A DNA stretch of 55,428 nt, the filler included, from Sphacelaria rigidula (lineage: Eukaryota), in NCBI GenBank assembly GCA_964200075.2. It is 5 parts of 5 records of this genome, joined end to end, with 100 filler letters (N's around TTAATTAATTAA, not from the genome) between each part and the next. Parts side by side here need not be neighbours in the genome. Positions count along the whole stretch, not along the records: positions 44,425 to 55,428 come from CAXNAA020005549.1; 4 more parts are not named here. One strand, given 5' to 3'. Below the pieces are notes generated by a model. That model saw only the letters and a program-made list of their open reading frames with translations, did no database searches and was not told the DNA's origin. How positions within the stretch are numbered: the first letter of the stretch is position 1; each line of letters starts with the position of its first letter. The position numbers were made by a program, and so were the translations under genes. This document shows, piece after piece, positions 51,688-55,428 of the stretch.

Positions 51688-52672
51688 AAATAAATCAACG
51701 AGGCGGCCTGCAGAGTTCTAGTATTTCGAGGAACCATGAAGATAGCTGGGTCACGCAAAGCCGCAGATCGCTCGGGCGTTATCGTCCGCAGGCTGTGGTC
51801 GTCTACGGAGCAAGTAACGTGGAGCCTCCACGAGATTCCTACAGATTCACGCGTAAGCAAAACCAGTTGGAGGTTGCTGGCGCGTGTCCGGCCAGTTCGC
51901 TGGCACGTGAGGCTTGCGTCTTTGGTGAATGGCTTCGAACACGCTCGCCGTGTCGCCTATTTGATCACCGCTTCCGGGTAAACCGCCGTCTGACGTGACG
52001 AAGTCGCGCGCTTCCGCCAGCTTCACCTGGTGAACGTTAGTTGGCATTTGGGAGAGTTGGACGATGAAAGAGAGCTACGTAGCCGAATCAGTCCCAGGGT
52101 GGTTGGATTCAGGAAGTGCGATGTAGTGAAAAGTCTACCCGACCAGTCAGAAAGGAAGGGTTGATTCGGTATGTCAGAATAGAACCGCAGAATTGCATAA
52201 GGCCATCTCCACAAGGCCTTCGGTGCACCTTTTCTAGCTCCGTTGCCTCTTTAGGGCCAATCACCTTTGGTCCATCGCCTCTTTGGGGCTCTGAGGGCGT
52301 GTCTTCGCACTTTTTTTTTCAATCTAAAAAATGCGGTCGAATATGTTTTTGCCGATCTCATGGGCCCACCGCATTTATGTTCCTTGAAGGCTTCAACGCA
52401 AAAATATAATTAGCGGCGCGCCGAGAAGAATTCAACGACGTATAAAACAATCATTTGCGATCGAAACATGCGGTCGAAAGGCACGAAGCGGCACTTGACT
52501 CCTATCTTACAAATAGGCTTCTACTTGTAATGCTAGTACGGTCTTTTTTTATGCAAGTAAAGCTACTTCTTATGTATCGAAAGTAGAACTTGTTGAAAAG
52601 TGCTTTTTTGGCCCGTCTCCGTCGTTTTCATCCCCCAAAGAGGGACAGGAGGATGTGGGCACCTTGGAATGA

Positions 52673-52909
52673 CTTGCTCTACTCGCTGAGACCGTTCCAG
52701 AGCACCTTTGCGTTTTCTGTAGGTCATAGTTTCGGTCTTGGCCAAAGATGCATTTTTAATAACAAACGGTCAAGTTATCGAAAAACAGGGGGAAAACTGT
52801 CATTGTTTCAATAACTCGACCGTTTGTTATTGAAAATGAATTTTTGGCCAAGAAAGAAACTACAGAAAACGCGAAGGTGCTCTGGAACGGTCTCAGCGAG
52901 TAGAGCAAG
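52673..52909. repeat. Long inverted repeat (arms about 100 bp)
   Basis: CTTGCTCTACTCGCTGAGACCGTTCCAGAGCACCTT... pairs with ...AAGGTGCTCTGGAACGGTCTCAGCGAGTAGAGCAAG. The outer 36 bp are perfect; the loop is about 30 nt. Confidence 0.9.
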
Positions 52910-53775
52910 GCACTTTCTACGATAGCCCCCCCCCAAAACCAGCTAAAAGTGTCACGAAAAAGATAGCCATACAGCGCCCGATGTTCGGGTTCAGGCTGCA
53001 TGGAGCGCCTCATGTTGAGGACATTGGTTAGAACGAACCCAAGCGTGGGAATTCCTAGCTTCTCGCTGTGCTCGGCTTTTCCCATGTCAATTTACGTGAA
53101 AATTTTGCCTCCCAAAACCATGCACATTTGGGGGAGGGGTTATTGTAGAAAGTGTAGCAAGTCGTTCCAAGGTGTCCACATCGGCCTATCCCTCTTTGGG
53201 GGACAAAAACGACGGAGAAGGGCCAAATTATTACTTTTCAACAACTTTTAGTTTTCGACACGTAAGAAGTAGCCTTATGAAGAGTTTCGGAAAACGTTTG
53301 TTTTCATTTCAGAGTGCAAATGTCTCAGGAGCAGAGTGCAGAATACTAAAAAACAACTCATCGAAAATAAGTCAAGGAGATACCACATTTGACGGAGGGG
53401 ACGATAACTTTTCGTTACATTCTGATCCTGAGATATTTGCACTCTGAAATGACAGAAATGTTTTCCCCGAAACTCTCTAATATTACCGAAAATAATCCTC
53501 GTGAAGTGGAATTTATGCTCGATTTATGCTCGCATGTTCAAACAAATTATGCATGATTTCTGCTCGCAACGTGAAATTTCTGCTCGATTATGCTCGCAAT
53601 ATCCAACAAGGATGACGCTCTCGACCGGATACAGACCCACTGATCACTATATTATGCATGTTATATGTATATATATATATATATACAAGGTTCCCCTTCG
53701 GGACGTGGGTACGGGGCCGCCCGGGGGTGATGCAAGTTGAAAATATATATTTTGTCAGGTTTTCCACAATCTGAT

Positions 53776-53900
53776 TTGATTGATTGATTGATTGATCGAT
53801 TGATTGATTGATTGATTGATTGTCACACTTAAACTGACCCCCCAGGAGTCCAGCCGTTGTCTCATGATAGACGTACCCAAGAAAAACAAAACTGAAACAC
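53776..53900 (-). mobile_element. Retroposon 3' end with (CAAT)n tail
   Basis: Third copy of 3340-3436, with a longer (TTGA)n run. Confidence 0.65.
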
Positions 53901-54136
53901 ACTCTACTAAGGAAAAACAAATCTTGAAGAGGCTTTTGTGGTTCGGGATCGACACCGCGCGAAAAAGGGCGAGTTTGAGCGCCTTTCGGTGGCCAGAACA
54001 CGCACCACAGGTATCTGATGGCGCCCAAAGGTAATGTACCGCTGAGCCTCCTCGGTGCGCTGCAATAAGATGTGTGGGAAAAAATGCCTTGCCGTCAGAG
54101 AAAACTCGGCAAAAGCGGTGAAAATGCGAAATAATA

Positions 54137-55428
54137 CAGGCTGGTTCACGGTGATCACCCAAAATTGTGTCATCAGCGAATGACTTCCGCAATACGCACC
54201 CAATAGAGTCGCATATATGGTATCATACTGACCGCAATGAAGAGACAAAGAGGGTGACGTAGCCGGTTTTTTGTTTAAGGCCGTAGCATTGGCGCTATGG
54301 ACGAAAATGTGTCTCAGATAATCAGCGCTCTTCAAACTGTTCCGAGATCTAAATTACTAATACCAAGCCCGATTTTCACCCCATCTCTACATGCTTCAAA
54401 TCGTAGTAACATTCATCGACACGGGAATCTTACGAGAAGATAATATTTCAAAACGGTTACTACCGGGGTCGAATTATACCCGAAACCGTGATGTTTCGGT
54501 GATGTCGGGTGTTGGCGTCGTCTAATTTCTACTAATGATACGCACGAAAGACCCAGGGTGCCTCGTGACGGTGTCCCCTATATATGTTGTATTAAAGCTC
54601 AGATCGCCCTCAAACTTTGCAGTTTCGTAGGTATTGATGCCCACGATGGAAATATTGTATTATTGACAATATATCATGCTTTCTCCGTTCTCTACCGGCT
54701 TCCGGGCGTCCTAGCATGAAGAACCCCGGAAGGCGATACAGAATGCTCGAAAAGAAAAAAAATGAAATTATGCGTCCCGGGAGAGTCCAAGGAACACATG
54801 TACAACGTTCGGTGGAGAAACTCGAAAACCTCATACAGTTTTTCTTGCCTTAACGTCAAATTCACCCCAAAAGACGTTTTATACTAAAACCAAGTAGTTA
54901 GGAGTTGCACGTTTCAAGCCCACGTCCTCCACAAACGCGCAAACTTCCACGCTGTCATTAGGAGTTGTTAGATCCTGAAACTTCGCAAAAATATGCTATG
55001 GATCATTACGCAACTTTCTACGGACGATGTTTTTTGTACTTCTTGATTTTTTACCGTTTTTCGGGGGTCCGACGGGATCGAAGTCGTTTTTCGAAGTAGT
55101 CTTCATTCTAGGACCCCAGAAAAACGGCACTACTATATGCTTTTTTTTTCATTTTTTCGCAAACTATCTGCCTCCGCATAATCCAAGGACAGGCTCCACA
55201 ATTGTTCGCCGCAAAACTCGATCAACTGATGCTTGAATTTCCATGTTCACGTCAAAGAAGGCCCAAAAACGCCGTTTTGGTACTAAAATCAAGGAGTTTG
55301 CGGTTTCACCGCGGTACGGCAAACTTAATCGCACAAAGGCCAAAAACGTCACGCCGTTTTAAGGAGTTACAGTAGTCAGCGTCAGAAGTATGCAGAATCC
55401 GTAATTTCTTAGTTTCTCAAAGCTTGTC
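54137..55428. mobile_element. MITE family D related copy (longer, truncated at window end)
   Basis: TIR begins TA|CAGGCTGGTTCACGGTGATCACCCA. Internal blocks are reverse complements of 30300-30860, for example GTTCACGTCAAAGAAGGCCCAAAAACGCCGTTTT. Confidence 0.78.

Overview
This window is eukaryotic genomic DNA, most likely from a brown alga or related stramenopile. That call is an inference from the H3 sequence (FQGSAVL, C-terminal RGERS), long repeat-filled GT-AG introns and intronless histone genes. It is not one locus: five contigs of 11008, 11007, 11005, 11004 and 11004 bp are joined in decreasing size order by 100-bp N/TTAATTAATTAA linkers. Contig 1 carries four phase-compatible minus-strand exons of a GCN2-like eIF2-alpha kinase with a very long insert. 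Contig 2 carries a multi-exon gene of unknown function. Contig 3 carries the last four exons of an LCLAT1-like lysophospholipid acyltransferase. Contig 4 is a histone cluster (H4, then a divergent H3/H4 pair). Contig 5 holds a decayed Copia-like gag and a frameshifted USP-like peptidase remnant. The rest is MITEs, foldback elements, tRNA-derived SINE-like elements, minisatellites and microsatellites. The most notable finding is that all three histone genes share an identical 23-nt 3' element. It folds into a histone-type stem-loop with a non-canonical 5-nt loop, followed by ACCC(A/C) and a purine-rich downstream tract.
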